A DNA stretch of 51,243 nt from a virus (Duplodnaviria; Caudoviricetes). Of this stretch, positions 9,674 to 18,231 are shown in pieces. The stretch covers positions 1 through 51,243 of IMG/VR virus record IMGVR_UViG_3300030012_001662. The stretch is one strand, 5' to 3'. A model generated the notes under the pieces. The model had not been told where the DNA came from. It worked only from the letters and a program-made list of their open reading frames with translations, and did no database searches. The translations under genes and the position numbers were made by a program. The stretch's first letter is position 1. The number at the start of each line of letters is the position of its first letter.

Positions 9674-10286
9674 AGGCCTTATCCTTAATTACATTCTTTT
9701 CTATTTTTGGGTACCAAATAAATTTAGTTTTATCTGTATAATCTTGTTTAATTAACTGAAAGAATTTATCCATAGATTCTTTATTAACAAAATTTACAGT
9801 CAGCGATTTATATGGCGATTGGTCTTCGTGGTCAAAACTAGGCATATCTTGCCAATGTTCTTCTGTATCTAGCCATTCTCGTGAATTATGGTCTGGTTGA
9901 AATACAATGGTTTCTAATTCTTGTTGTTCAAAACCAAGATTATCTAGGTCAAAACCTATATCGTTTAACATGTCCATTTCAAATTTAAGTAATTCGTAAT
10001 CCCATGTACTATCTTCTGATAATCTATTATCTGCTATTCTGTATGCTTTAACTTGTTCTTCTGCCATGTCATGTGCAACATGCACAGGTACCTTTTTCAT
10101 TTTTAAATATTCTGCACCCATTAATCTTGTATGACCAACAATTACTACATAGTCTTTGTCAACAACGATTGGTTGTCTCCAGCCATACTGTTTTAGGGAT
10201 TTTGCAATCTTTTCTGCATTTTGATTTTTTCTAGGGTTTTTCTCGTATGGTTTAATCTTATCTATGTTTAACATTTCAATCTTCAT
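9663..10286 (-). CDS. ParB/Srx N-terminal domain protein with C-terminal W.DMP.F...IWYP domain
   Basis: PYEKNPR, GWRQPIVVD, GHTRL, YRIADNR motifs. Confidence 0.85.
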   Translation of the reverse strand: MKIEMLNIDKIKPYEKNPRKNQNAEKIAKSLKQYGWRQPIVVDKDYVVIVGHTRLMGAEYLKMKKVPVHVAHDMAEEQVKAYRIADNRLSEDSTWDYELLKFEMDMLNDIGFDLDNLGFEQQELETIVFQPDHNSREWLDTEEHWQDMPSFDHEDQSPYKSLTVNFVNKESMDKFFQLIKQDYTDKTKFIWYPKIEKNVIKDKAFGS

Positions 10287-10289
10287 CTT

Positions 10290-10523
10290 TCACTCCATAT
10301 TCTTGTCGTAACACATTGTATTTATTATATAATCTGATGGCATTTCAAATTGGTCATAAATGCTATCTACAACATACCTTTCGTATCTTGGTATATTTAT
10401 TTCACAATCAAATTTACTGGGATATTTTATTTGTGCTTCATGCATGCCACATAAAACCTCTCCACCGTCATAACGATTTCCCTCAATCCATATAATACAA
10501 GTCATAACAATCATGGAAAACAT
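10290..10523 (-). CDS. Hypothetical protein
   Basis: 77-aa Cys-containing ORF in the operon. Confidence 0.6.
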   Translation of the reverse strand: MFSMIVMTCIIWIEGNRYDGGEVLCGMHEAQIKYPSKFDCEINIPRYERYVVDSIYDQFEMPSDYIINTMCYDKNME

Positions 10524-11300
10524 TTAAAATCTCCAAATCTCTTTGTTTGTTTGGTCTACTTTTTCTATAAATTGTTTTTTCTTTTTTGCTTGTACAGGGT
10601 TTCCTTTGTCAAATTGATTTAAATTAAACATACTAAAAAATGGATTCATAGACTCCTGTAACTTTTCTGCATTTTCTACTAAATGATGTTTTATAATAAT
10701 ATTTCTTTCAGTATGAGGGTGAAAAATTGCCATCGGTGTTAATGGATTTATATTAAATTCAATATCTTCATTTTTTCTAATTACAAAAAAGTTTAGATTT
10801 GTACTTGATTGTGTTTTAAAATCTACAACTCCCGGTAACAAGTGAAAGTGTCTAAAAAAATCTCTATTACTCCAAATTGGTTGCGACATTGTAAATAATA
10901 TTTGTTCTCTACAATGAATATACCATGGACTTATTATTTTAATACTTTCCCCATGTTCTTTTGTAAATCCAGCAAATTGTTCTTGATGGTGATATTCAAA
11001 TTGTATCTCATTATGTGATGCTGATGCCTTCCAATCAGTTGCCTTTGGGTGTAAAAACATTTTTAAATCACACCATAACGGTAAGATTATTCCATTTTTA
11101 TAATATTGCACAATACCGGGACATTTTTTTATGGTAGATATTTTTCCTTGTCCTTCTTGAAAGTAAGTTTCATTAGGCTCTTTTTTCCACCAATCTGGTA
11201 TAAAATGGTGTCCATGATTAATTCTTGCAAAATTATATGCAAATATATTTGAAGTATAACAATCTAGTACAATATCTTTTTTCTTATTAATATTGAACAT
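10524..11300 (-). CDS. Conserved marine-phage protein (TIKKCPG / KIISPW / PGVVD family; possibly DUF6065/dUTPase-like fold)
   Basis: Motif pattern recognised; function unknown. Confidence 0.55.
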   Translation of the reverse strand: MFNINKKKDIVLDCYTSNIFAYNFARINHGHHFIPDWWKKEPNETYFQEGQGKISTIKKCPGIVQYYKNGIILPLWCDLKMFLHPKATDWKASASHNEIQFEYHHQEQFAGFTKEHGESIKIISPWYIHCREQILFTMSQPIWSNRDFFRHFHLLPGVVDFKTQSSTNLNFFVIRKNEDIEFNINPLTPMAIFHPHTERNIIIKHHLVENAEKLQESMNPFFSMFNLNQFDKGNPVQAKKKKQFIEKVDQTNKEIWRF

Positions 11301-11310
11301 TTAAATTATC

Positions 11311-11532
11311 TTATAATAATGTATATTGGTCATCTATAATCCTTGTCATTTTCTTTTCTTCTTTACTGTGTTTTAATTTATAAACATCAGCGACACTTAA
11401 TTCGTTTGCTCTTAATTTCTCATAGAGTCTTAAATCAAGAACCTTAACCTCAGACATTAAAGCCTCGTATGCTTCATCTACTACTTTTTGTTGTTCTGGT
11501 GTTAATCCATTATCTATAAAAGTATTATCCAT
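11311..11532 (-). CDS. Hypothetical protein
   Basis: Probable start MDNTF overlapping the primase-helicase stop. Confidence 0.6.
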   Translation of the reverse strand: MDNTFIDNGLTPEQQKVVDEAYEALMSEVKVLDLRLYEKLRANELSVADVYKLKHSKEEKKMTRIIDDQYTLL

Positions 11533-13264
11533 AGGTCTGCTCATAACATCTTGTTTTATAATTAAAAAAGAACTCTCGTTGACCAATATCGCCATAAATT
11601 CCCTGTTCTCTAATCTTTTTTGTAATTACCTTTGTTGAATTATTTTCAAAATCTCTATGAATAACCAAAGCGGTATCTGCCATATTCGCCCAATGTGCTG
11701 AACCACTAACTTGATAAAGGTCTGGTGGTGGTATAACTCCTGCATCATTTCTGTGTAATTTATGTGGGTGTGCAACCATACAAACCCAGATATCATGGTT
11801 TCTTGCGAATTGTTGGCATTTGGCAATAACATCTCTTATATGCTCATCTTCTCTTTTATGTGCATCTCTATTTGAACTCACCTGATTGAATGGGTCTATT
11901 ACCAAACCTTTGATACCAAATCGTTGTTTAGATGCCTTTGCCTTATTTAATATGTAATCTATAGTTGGTATGTCGTCTTTCGCCTCAAGAAATTTAAAAT
12001 GTGTATTTAAGAAATCAACACCTGCGTTTAATTGTTCTTGGGTTATTCTTTCATAAACTCCAATATCAAAAGGTTTTCTACATCTCTTTTCTAATAATCT
12101 TCTAATATGATTAGGTGTAGAATGCTCTGGTGAATATATTAAAAATCTCCAATGTTGTTGTTCTGCAAGATTTATTAATATTTGGTCTAAGAAATTAGAT
12201 TTACCATGATTCGGTATACCAGTTATAAGATTAAATGTTGTTGGCATTATCTTATATATTTCGTCTAACTTTTCAAAACCTGTTGAAATTGCCTTTTGTA
12301 CATTACCATCATACATATTTTGTATTTGGTCCCTATAATCGATAGCAGAATGTAAATCTTCAATGGGAAACTCTTTGGCATTTGCTATTGCCATTCCAAG
12401 TTTTTCTTCGCCAAATATTACCAAACATTCGTTGGCATCTTTAATTTGCTTTTCTTCATCTGTTGTCATATCTTTAAATGTAGGAAATTGTACAACCTTA
12501 CAAATATCACGACCAAAACGATGTATCAATTCAAGACCAAGAGCCTTACCTGCCTCGTCATTATCTGTGGCAAGGATTACCTCTTCAGCCTCCCATATCC
12601 ATTCAGTTTGCTCAAATGCAGAAAACCGTCTATCTTTCAAATCAAATTTAGGTGTTTTAGGTGCACCATCTGGTAAACTTACAACATCTCTTATGCCTAT
12701 TTGCATTAAAGATAAAACGTCCATCTCACCCTCTACAAATATAACTCTCTTTTTTGCATCAGGGTTTTCTTCCCAAACCTTTTTAAGATTATCAATATTA
12801 TAAAGGCATTTTATTGCATCTTTTTCTTGATGAAATCGTTTATCTTTACTTCTGTATTTTATATTTACAATTTTACCATCAAGATAATATGGAAAGCATA
12901 ATCTATCTTTATATGTATAAAGTTTCATTTCAGTTATTGTTGTTGGGTCAATCAATCTTTTTACCAACCAATTATATGCTTCATCTGACAAAGTTTGTTT
13001 CTTAGGCACAAAAGGCATTACATTTTCTTTTCTTTTAAATTTAGAAAATTCATTTGGTTTAATAATATTATCGTGTACTGCACCTTTCCATTCACAATGA
13101 TGACAATGCCACATTGCCATATCATCATGTAAATTTACTGATAAACAAGGTTCATTTCTATTTTTACTTCTTGTATGTGAACATTTAGGGCAAATTACCT
13201 TTTGTTGTTCTTGTTGTGAATTAACCCTTATGCCTTCATTAATTAATTGTTCGTGAATATTCAT
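11525..13264 (-). CDS. Twinkle/T7 gp4-type primase-helicase
   Basis: Zn-binding CPKC..CHHC, TOPRIM EGEMD / DND / KDANE, Walker A GIPNHGKS, IDP, VAHP, SGS motifs. Confidence 0.95.
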   Translation of the reverse strand: MNIHEQLINEGIRVNSQQEQQKVICPKCSHTRSKNRNEPCLSVNLHDDMAMWHCHHCEWKGAVHDNIIKPNEFSKFKRKENVMPFVPKKQTLSDEAYNWLVKRLIDPTTITEMKLYTYKDRLCFPYYLDGKIVNIKYRSKDKRFHQEKDAIKCLYNIDNLKKVWEENPDAKKRVIFVEGEMDVLSLMQIGIRDVVSLPDGAPKTPKFDLKDRRFSAFEQTEWIWEAEEVILATDNDEAGKALGLELIHRFGRDICKVVQFPTFKDMTTDEEKQIKDANECLVIFGEEKLGMAIANAKEFPIEDLHSAIDYRDQIQNMYDGNVQKAISTGFEKLDEIYKIMPTTFNLITGIPNHGKSNFLDQILINLAEQQHWRFLIYSPEHSTPNHIRRLLEKRCRKPFDIGVYERITQEQLNAGVDFLNTHFKFLEAKDDIPTIDYILNKAKASKQRFGIKGLVIDPFNQVSSNRDAHKREDEHIRDVIAKCQQFARNHDIWVCMVAHPHKLHRNDAGVIPPPDLYQVSGSAHWANMADTALVIHRDFENNSTKVITKKIREQGIYGDIGQREFFFNYKTRCYEQTYG

Positions 13265-13282
13265 TATTGTTTTCTCCCTTTG

Positions 13283-13924
13283 TTAACCAACTAATTGGTT
13301 TAAATTTATTCGTTCTTCTTTTTCGTTATCTAGGGTCTCCCATCTCCTCTGATTTAACCATGTTGTTAAATGTGGTATAAATCTTAACTCTTTGTTTTTA
13401 TTTACCTTATTATACTTTTTTACTTTTTCAAATAACTCTTTTTTTATAATTACTATATTTGGTTCTGATGTTAGTTTTTGCCATATGTCGTGTGCTTTTT
13501 TCTTAGAGCCATCTTTTCTAGGATATTCATTCCAAAGTTCAACAAATTCAGTATCGTACTTATTAGGTTTATTATTATTGGTTATATGGGGTTTCATAGT
13601 GATACTAGGGGGGGTTTCAAATTGAACAGGGTGGGTTTCAGTCTGATACCCCACCATCAATGTATAAAGGTTTGATGTTTGTCTTTTACCTTCATTAAAA
13701 TCGGCAAATCTTTCTTGGATTTTTATTAATTGAAGTTGTTCAAGATTTTTCAATGCCCTAATTATTGTTGACCTACTCATTTCAGTCATTGAAATAAGTG
13801 TTTTAAAACTTGGGAAACAGGTATTTTTATCATCAGCATAATTGGCAAGACATATTAAAACTAATTTATTGGTACCATTACCAGTTTTTTGTTTAGATGC
13901 CCAATCTAATGCCAACCAACTCAT
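13283..13924 (-). CDS. Phage replication initiator (N-terminal wHTH, lambda O-like)
   Basis: KLVLICLANYAD...CFPS, W..YPRK, TTWLNQRRWE motifs; internal iterons. Confidence 0.88.
   Translation of the reverse strand: MSWLALDWASKQKTGNGTNKLVLICLANYADDKNTCFPSFKTLISMTEMSRSTIIRALKNLEQLQLIKIQERFADFNEGKRQTSNLYTLMVGYQTETHPVQFETPPSITMKPHITNNNKPNKYDTEFVELWNEYPRKDGSKKKAHDIWQKLTSEPNIVIIKKELFEKVKKYNKVNKNKELRFIPHLTTWLNQRRWETLDNEKEERINLNQLVG
13589..13650. repeat. Putative replication origin iterons (3x GGGTTTCA-N3-TGAWMC)
   Basis: Copies at 13589, 13612 and 13633 inside the initiator gene, next to an AT-rich tract. Confidence 0.7.
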
Positions 13925-14244
13925 AATATCTCCGTTATAACAATAGGTGGTTTATATGTAGCTAATATTTTTTTTCTTAATATATAATCTCTTGTCTTTG
14001 TAACCTTTGACTTAACATCTTCTATAATTTCTATACCTTTATTATTAATATATTTGAAATCAGCAGTATATCTGCCTATCTTTACACCATTAACAATTAA
14101 CGGAAAGACAGGGTGTACTTCTAAATTTGTTATATATTTTTTTATTTGCATCTGTTCTAAAATTAAATATCTATTCAGTTCTTTTTTTGAATCAAACCTT
14201 ATTCCTTTGTAATATTGCTTTTTTGCGTTGTATTTGTTCGGCAT
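13921..14244 (-). CDS. DUF1064 family PD-(D/E)xK endonuclease
   Basis: NKYNAK, FDSKKE, YTADF, EDVK motifs. Confidence 0.9.
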   Translation of the reverse strand: MPNKYNAKKQYYKGIRFDSKKELNRYLILEQMQIKKYITNLEVHPVFPLIVNGVKIGRYTADFKYINNKGIEIIEDVKSKVTKTRDYILRKKILATYKPPIVITEIL

Positions 14245-14422
14245 ATAGGTCTGTCCCTGTTACTTGATTATCAGTAAATATAAACAATTTTTCTGCCTCA
14301 GCCCATCTAGGCATTCTATCGCCTTTCGCCCAAGACTCAATATTTCTATAATGAGTATCTAATTCTTTAGCGAAACTCTTATAGTTATATCCATTCATTT
14401 TTATATAGTCTTTTAATCTCAT
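14192..14422 (-). CDS. Cro/XRE-like HTH regulator
   Basis: MRLKDYI...FAKEL...W..G.RMP...T...VT..DL pattern; first gene of the leftward operon. Confidence 0.8.
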   Translation of the reverse strand: MRLKDYIKMNGYNYKSFAKELDTHYRNIESWAKGDRMPRWAEAEKLFIFTDNQVTGTDLYAEQIQRKKAILQRNKV

Positions 14423-14468
14423 AACTCCCTTTTAAAATAAAAAAATAATTATGTAAACACAAAAAAGG

Positions 14469-14496
14469 TTTACTTCTTAAAATAAATTGGTAGTAT
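14469..14496 (+). promoter_or_regulatory. sigma70-like promoter of the recombination operon
   Basis: TTTACT-N16-TAGTAT, matches the early promoter family. Confidence 0.55.
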
Positions 14497-14503
14497 GTAA
14501 TTC

Positions 14504-14569
14504 TCGGTAACTCCTTACCGACTTGCGATGATGGTCTGGTTTTTTTAAAATGATTTTCCAGACCGTCAT
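14504..14569 (+). ncRNA. Structured 5' leader or candidate sRNA with two hairpins
   Basis: TCGGTAA-CTCC-TTACCGA and ATGATGGTCTGG...CCAGACCGTCAT. Confidence 0.45.
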
Positions 14570-14599
14570 TTAAACGAAGAACGAAGAATTGAGGTAAAG

Positions 14600-15370
14600 A
14601 TGAACAGAAACAATCCATTTGCCATACATGGTATTACTCATTTATCACACAGTTCAATTAATACTTGGTTAACAGACCCAGCAAGATTTATTGCAGATAA
14701 ATTATTTGGTGTAAGAGATAAAGGCTCTGCATCAATGCACAGAGGTACTGCAACAGAATTTGGTCTTGCACAAAAGTATACAGAAGAGGCATGGGAAATT
14801 GACCTAGAGGTTGTCGGCACAAAATACCAACAATTGTGTCAAGATGATTTAATTGATGTTGATGATGAAAGAAGAATAAAAGAAAAAGAAAACTTAAAAG
14901 AATATTGTAATATTCTAAATAAACATTTTGATTATAAAAATTTGGTAGATTACCAAAATAAAATTGAAATAAATTTTGAAGATTTACCAGTCCCATTTAT
15001 TGGTTACATAGATTTTGTATTTGAAGACACAATTATTGATTTAAAAACTACTGGTAGAATGCCATCAAAGCCTACAGATGCCAATAAAAGACAAATGGCA
15101 TTATATCATATGGCTTACCCACAACATCAATGTAACGTCGTTTATGCCTCACCAAAAGCATATTCTACATTCTTAATAGATGACAACGAAATAAAATACC
15201 ATCAAAAGCAAATTAAATCTGTTGCTTTTGGGTTAATGAAATTCCTTGCAATCAGTGATGATAAAGAGGAATTGGCTTCAATAATCCACCCTAATTATGA
15301 TTCGTGGACTTGGAGCGACTATTATAAAGAGCAATCAAGCAAAAAAATAACACAATGGAGTTATAAATGA
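14600..15370 (+). CDS. PD-(D/E)xK exonuclease (Cas4/RecB-like)
   Basis: HLSHSSIN, GYIDF, IDLKTT, QMALY motifs. Confidence 0.88.
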   Translation: MNRNNPFAIHGITHLSHSSINTWLTDPARFIADKLFGVRDKGSASMHRGTATEFGLAQKYTEEAWEIDLEVVGTKYQQLCQDDLIDVDDERRIKEKENLKEYCNILNKHFDYKNLVDYQNKIEINFEDLPVPFIGYIDFVFEDTIIDLKTTGRMPSKPTDANKRQMALYHMAYPQHQCNVVYASPKAYSTFLIDDNEIKYHQKQIKSVAFGLMKFLAISDDKEELASIIHPNYDSWTWSDYYKEQSSKKITQWSYK

Positions 15371-15930
15371 ACCAAGAATCAAATAAAAAGATAACCACAG
15401 AAACTGGTCGTGTTGCACAACCAGTTCAAATAAAGCCAAAAGTTTCAACTACAAAAACATTGGTTGAGGCCTTAAATAAATTTCAAGAATTAAATATTAC
15501 TGCACTAAAAGGTACACATAATACTTATTTTAAGAGTACATATGCAGATTTAACATCTGTTATAGATGCCTGTAATCAGGGTGCTCAATATGGCCTGTGT
15601 TTTACACAACAAGTTTATTATAAAAATCTAATACTTGATAAACAGATAACTGATACATTTAAAGATGGTTCTACCAAAAATACTGGTGGTCAAACAGTTA
15701 CAAGAGATATATGGGTTAAAACAACCATTTATCATACTATAGACGAAAAGACTATTGAATGTGATGTGCCAGTTTTAATTAATCATGTTGAAAAAGATAA
15801 CCCACAAAAAATGGGTTCTGCAATAACCTATGCCAAAAGATATGGTTTACAGGCATTGTTTGGTCTTGGACAAGATGATGATGCAAATTCAGCATCAGGT
15901 GTAACCGATAAGGGAGGAAAAAATGGATAA
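15367..15930 (+). CDS. erf: ERF family single-strand annealing protein
   Basis: YADL, PQKMGSAITYAKRYGL..LFG...DDDAN motifs. Confidence 0.93.
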   Translation: MNQESNKKITTETGRVAQPVQIKPKVSTTKTLVEALNKFQELNITALKGTHNTYFKSTYADLTSVIDACNQGAQYGLCFTQQVYYKNLILDKQITDTFKDGSTKNTGGQTVTRDIWVKTTIYHTIDEKTIECDVPVLINHVEKDNPQKMGSAITYAKRYGLQALFGLGQDDDANSASGVTDKGGKNG

Positions 15931-16378
15931 TACAAAAACATATGACCAAACCAATCGTGGAGCTTTATTTAATATACCTAAAGGCACAAGTCCCGATGGC
16001 GAGAAAAAAGAACCCGAATGGCAACTTATTCAACAAGGTAAATTAAATATCAATGGCGACCAACTTAGAGTTGTTGGTATTAAACGTCTAAATCAAAAAG
16101 GCGAAGAAATTGTTGAATTATATAGAGCAATGGGAACCTTAAAAAAAGCAGACCAAATCAATGAAAAAGACCCATATGCAAAAGGTGTTGTAAATGCTTT
16201 GGTTGATAAAGGTGCCATGATTATATCTGCATGGAAAGAACAAAGCGAAAGAGGTAATAAATATATCTCTTTAAAACTAAGAGATTTTGCAGACAGTACT
16301 GGTTATGAACCAAAAGAACAAAAACAACATTCTAATGATAAAGACGATACATCTGCATTAGAAGATATTGATTGGTAA
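15923..16378 (+). CDS. Putative single-stranded DNA-binding protein
   Basis: TNRGALF, ISAW, KYISL motifs; acidic aromatic C-terminus; follows erf. Confidence 0.65.
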   Translation: MDNTKTYDQTNRGALFNIPKGTSPDGEKKEPEWQLIQQGKLNINGDQLRVVGIKRLNQKGEEIVELYRAMGTLKKADQINEKDPYAKGVVNALVDKGAMIISAWKEQSERGNKYISLKLRDFADSTGYEPKEQKQHSNDKDDTSALEDIDW

Positions 16379-16391
16379 AAGGGAGAAAGCA

Positions 16392-16607
16392 ATGAAAAAA
16401 CAATCACAATATGACAACATTAAGGCACATCTTGAAGATGGAAAAACATTACAACCATTACAGGCATTATCTGAATATGGTTGTTATAGATTATCGGCAG
16501 TAATTCATAAGTTAAGGCGAGATGGTTACCCTATTGAAACAAATATGAAAACCAATAGAGGCAAAACATATGCTGAATATGTGTTAACTTACGATAAAAC
16601 TAATTAA
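16392..16607 (+). CDS. Winged-helix DNA-binding protein
   Basis: IKAHL..G......AL..YGCYRLSAVI..LR..GY.I pattern. Confidence 0.8.
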   Translation: MKKQSQYDNIKAHLEDGKTLQPLQALSEYGCYRLSAVIHKLRRDGYPIETNMKTNRGKTYAEYVLTYDKTN

Positions 16608-16933
16608 TGTCTAATTTCAAAATCAAAAGAATAAAAGACAAAAAGTTTTTAGATTTTGTATCTAAAAAAGAATGTTGTTTATCTGCTCATTCTTCTTACC
16701 CTTGTCATGCAAATGTTCAAGCACATCATTTGTTAAAACCTTATGACGGAGTAAGGGGAATGGGAATTAGGGCAAGTGATAATAATGCAGTACCACTTTG
16801 TTATTATCATCATGCCTTACTACATGATTCTCATGGAAACGAAGATATGTTTTGGCAGTCTTTTGATTTGTCAAAAGATTATGGTAGAGAAGTGGCAAAA
16901 AAATATTGGGAGATGTATAATGCAAAAAATTGA
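16607..16933 (+). CDS. DUF968 / HNH-like zinc-binding putative nuclease
   Basis: CC..C...AHH...GMG...D..AVPLC..HH..LH pattern. Confidence 0.8.
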   Translation: MSNFKIKRIKDKKFLDFVSKKECCLSAHSSYPCHANVQAHHLLKPYDGVRGMGIRASDNNAVPLCYYHHALLHDSHGNEDMFWQSFDLSKDYGREVAKKYWEMYNAKN

Positions 16934-17249
16934 TGAAGAAGAAATACATAAGGCAGTTGCTTGGTTACGTGATTCTGCAGGATTATGTGCTGAGGCAAAA
17001 GCAACAAGAATTTACCTTGAGGCATTTTCAAAATCATTAAAAGCAATTCTTATGAGTAAACATCTTGAACTTCCTATTTCTGCTCAAGAGAGAGAAGCAT
17101 ATGCAAGTCAAGAATATCAAGACCATTTAAAAGCAGTAAAGATTGCTATTGAACGTGACGAAAAAAATAGATACCGTAGAGAAACTGCTTTGGTCAAAAT
17201 AGAGACTTGGAGAACACAAGAAGCCAATCTTAGAGCTATCAAACTTTAA
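16920..17249 (+). CDS. Conserved helical phage protein
   Basis: AQEREAYAS..Y and IETWRT..AN motifs; start MQKID. Confidence 0.7.
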   Translation: MQKIDEEEIHKAVAWLRDSAGLCAEAKATRIYLEAFSKSLKAILMSKHLELPISAQEREAYASQEYQDHLKAVKIAIERDEKNRYRRETALVKIETWRTQEANLRAIKL

Positions 17250-17335
17250 ACGTCGTACCAGTTGGTATATGGTCTAGGGTATGATTATACAAAAAAATTG
17301 ATTTCAGCAGTTTTTAACTCTAGTAAGGGTTGTAG

Positions 17336-17581
17336 ATGTCAACAAAAAAAGACAAAAATGACGAAGAATTTTTTGAAGATTGTCCAAAAGCTGTTGCTGA
17401 ATACGAATCTGAGGTTGGCATTCGCCGAGTAAAGAGACTTCCATATTACGAATATTTCATAAATTCGCTAAATACAAGTGATGATTTTGATGTAAGAATA
17501 CCTACTGGTGTTACTGCCGATTACAGAGGATATTCTGATTTAGGTTATGTAAAAAAAGTTTTTATAAATATAAAAAAATAG
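17336..17581 (+). CDS. Hypothetical protein
   Basis: 81-aa ORF. Confidence 0.55.
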   Translation: MSTKKDKNDEEFFEDCPKAVAEYESEVGIRRVKRLPYYEYFINSLNTSDDFDVRIPTGVTADYRGYSDLGYVKKVFINIKK

Positions 17582-17582
17582 G

Positions 17583-17645
17583 TTGACTGGTACTAGTTAC
17601 AATTTACCAATAGAATCATTCATTAATATTTCATGGGAGAAAACA
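17583..17645 (+). promoter_or_regulatory. Early promoter plus GGGAGAAAACA start motif
   Basis: TTGACT ... ATAGAATCAT, similar to the 45225 promoter; -10 element imperfect. Confidence 0.55.
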
Positions 17646-17646
17646 G

Positions 17647-17829
17647 ATGAATGATACAAAAACAAATGAGATTTATCCTCATAATCAACCACTAAATACT
17701 TATCTTAAAGTAACATATCCAGATGGTGATATGGAATATTGGACATTAGATAATTCTGTAGAAGAATTAGAACGTCTTCAAAAATTATATAAAGGTAAGA
17801 TAACAACCAAAATTGTGAAAGGATATTAA
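17647..17829 (+). CDS. Hypothetical early protein
   Basis: ORF directly after the start motif. Confidence 0.7.
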   Translation: MNDTKTNEIYPHNQPLNTYLKVTYPDGDMEYWTLDNSVEELERLQKLYKGKITTKIVKGY

Positions 17830-17830
17830 A

Positions 17831-18022
17831 ATGAACGATATTCTTCACGATATAGAAAAACTAACCGATATAAAAAAATCCGTTGGTTTATTTTCAGACT
17901 CAACAATTCAATCTCTTATCCAAGATTTGATAAATGAAAAACAATCAATCGTTAAAGATTTTGAAAAAGAGATACCCTCACATATTCAAGAATTAAATAA
18001 AAAATTGAAAGGAGAAATCTAA
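17831..18022 (+). CDS. Hypothetical protein
   Basis: Coupled ORF. Confidence 0.65.
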   Translation: MNDILHDIEKLTDIKKSVGLFSDSTIQSLIQDLINEKQSIVKDFEKEIPSHIQELNKKLKGEI

Positions 18023-18231
18023 TGGGTATGAGTTCTTATATACTAGATTTAGAAGATAAATTTATTGATGTAGAGGTGGCAGAGATTATTAAAGACTCTG
18101 ATACCTTACAAGAGGCACAATTAAGAGCAGAAGATAAAAGGGTAATGAATTATAATTTTATTCCCTCTACTGGTCTTGATGAAAAAGTAAAAGAAATGTG
18201 GGATTTATATTGGGAGAAATACAATGTCTAG
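18022..18231 (+). CDS. Hypothetical protein
   Basis: Coupled ORF with GGAG RBS. Confidence 0.7.
   Translation: MGMSSYILDLEDKFIDVEVAEIIKDSDTLQEAQLRAEDKRVMNYNFIPSTGLDEKVKEMWDLYWEKYNV

Noticed and set aside
14192-14600. Lysogeny module
   Set aside because: No CI with a peptidase domain, integrase or att site recognised
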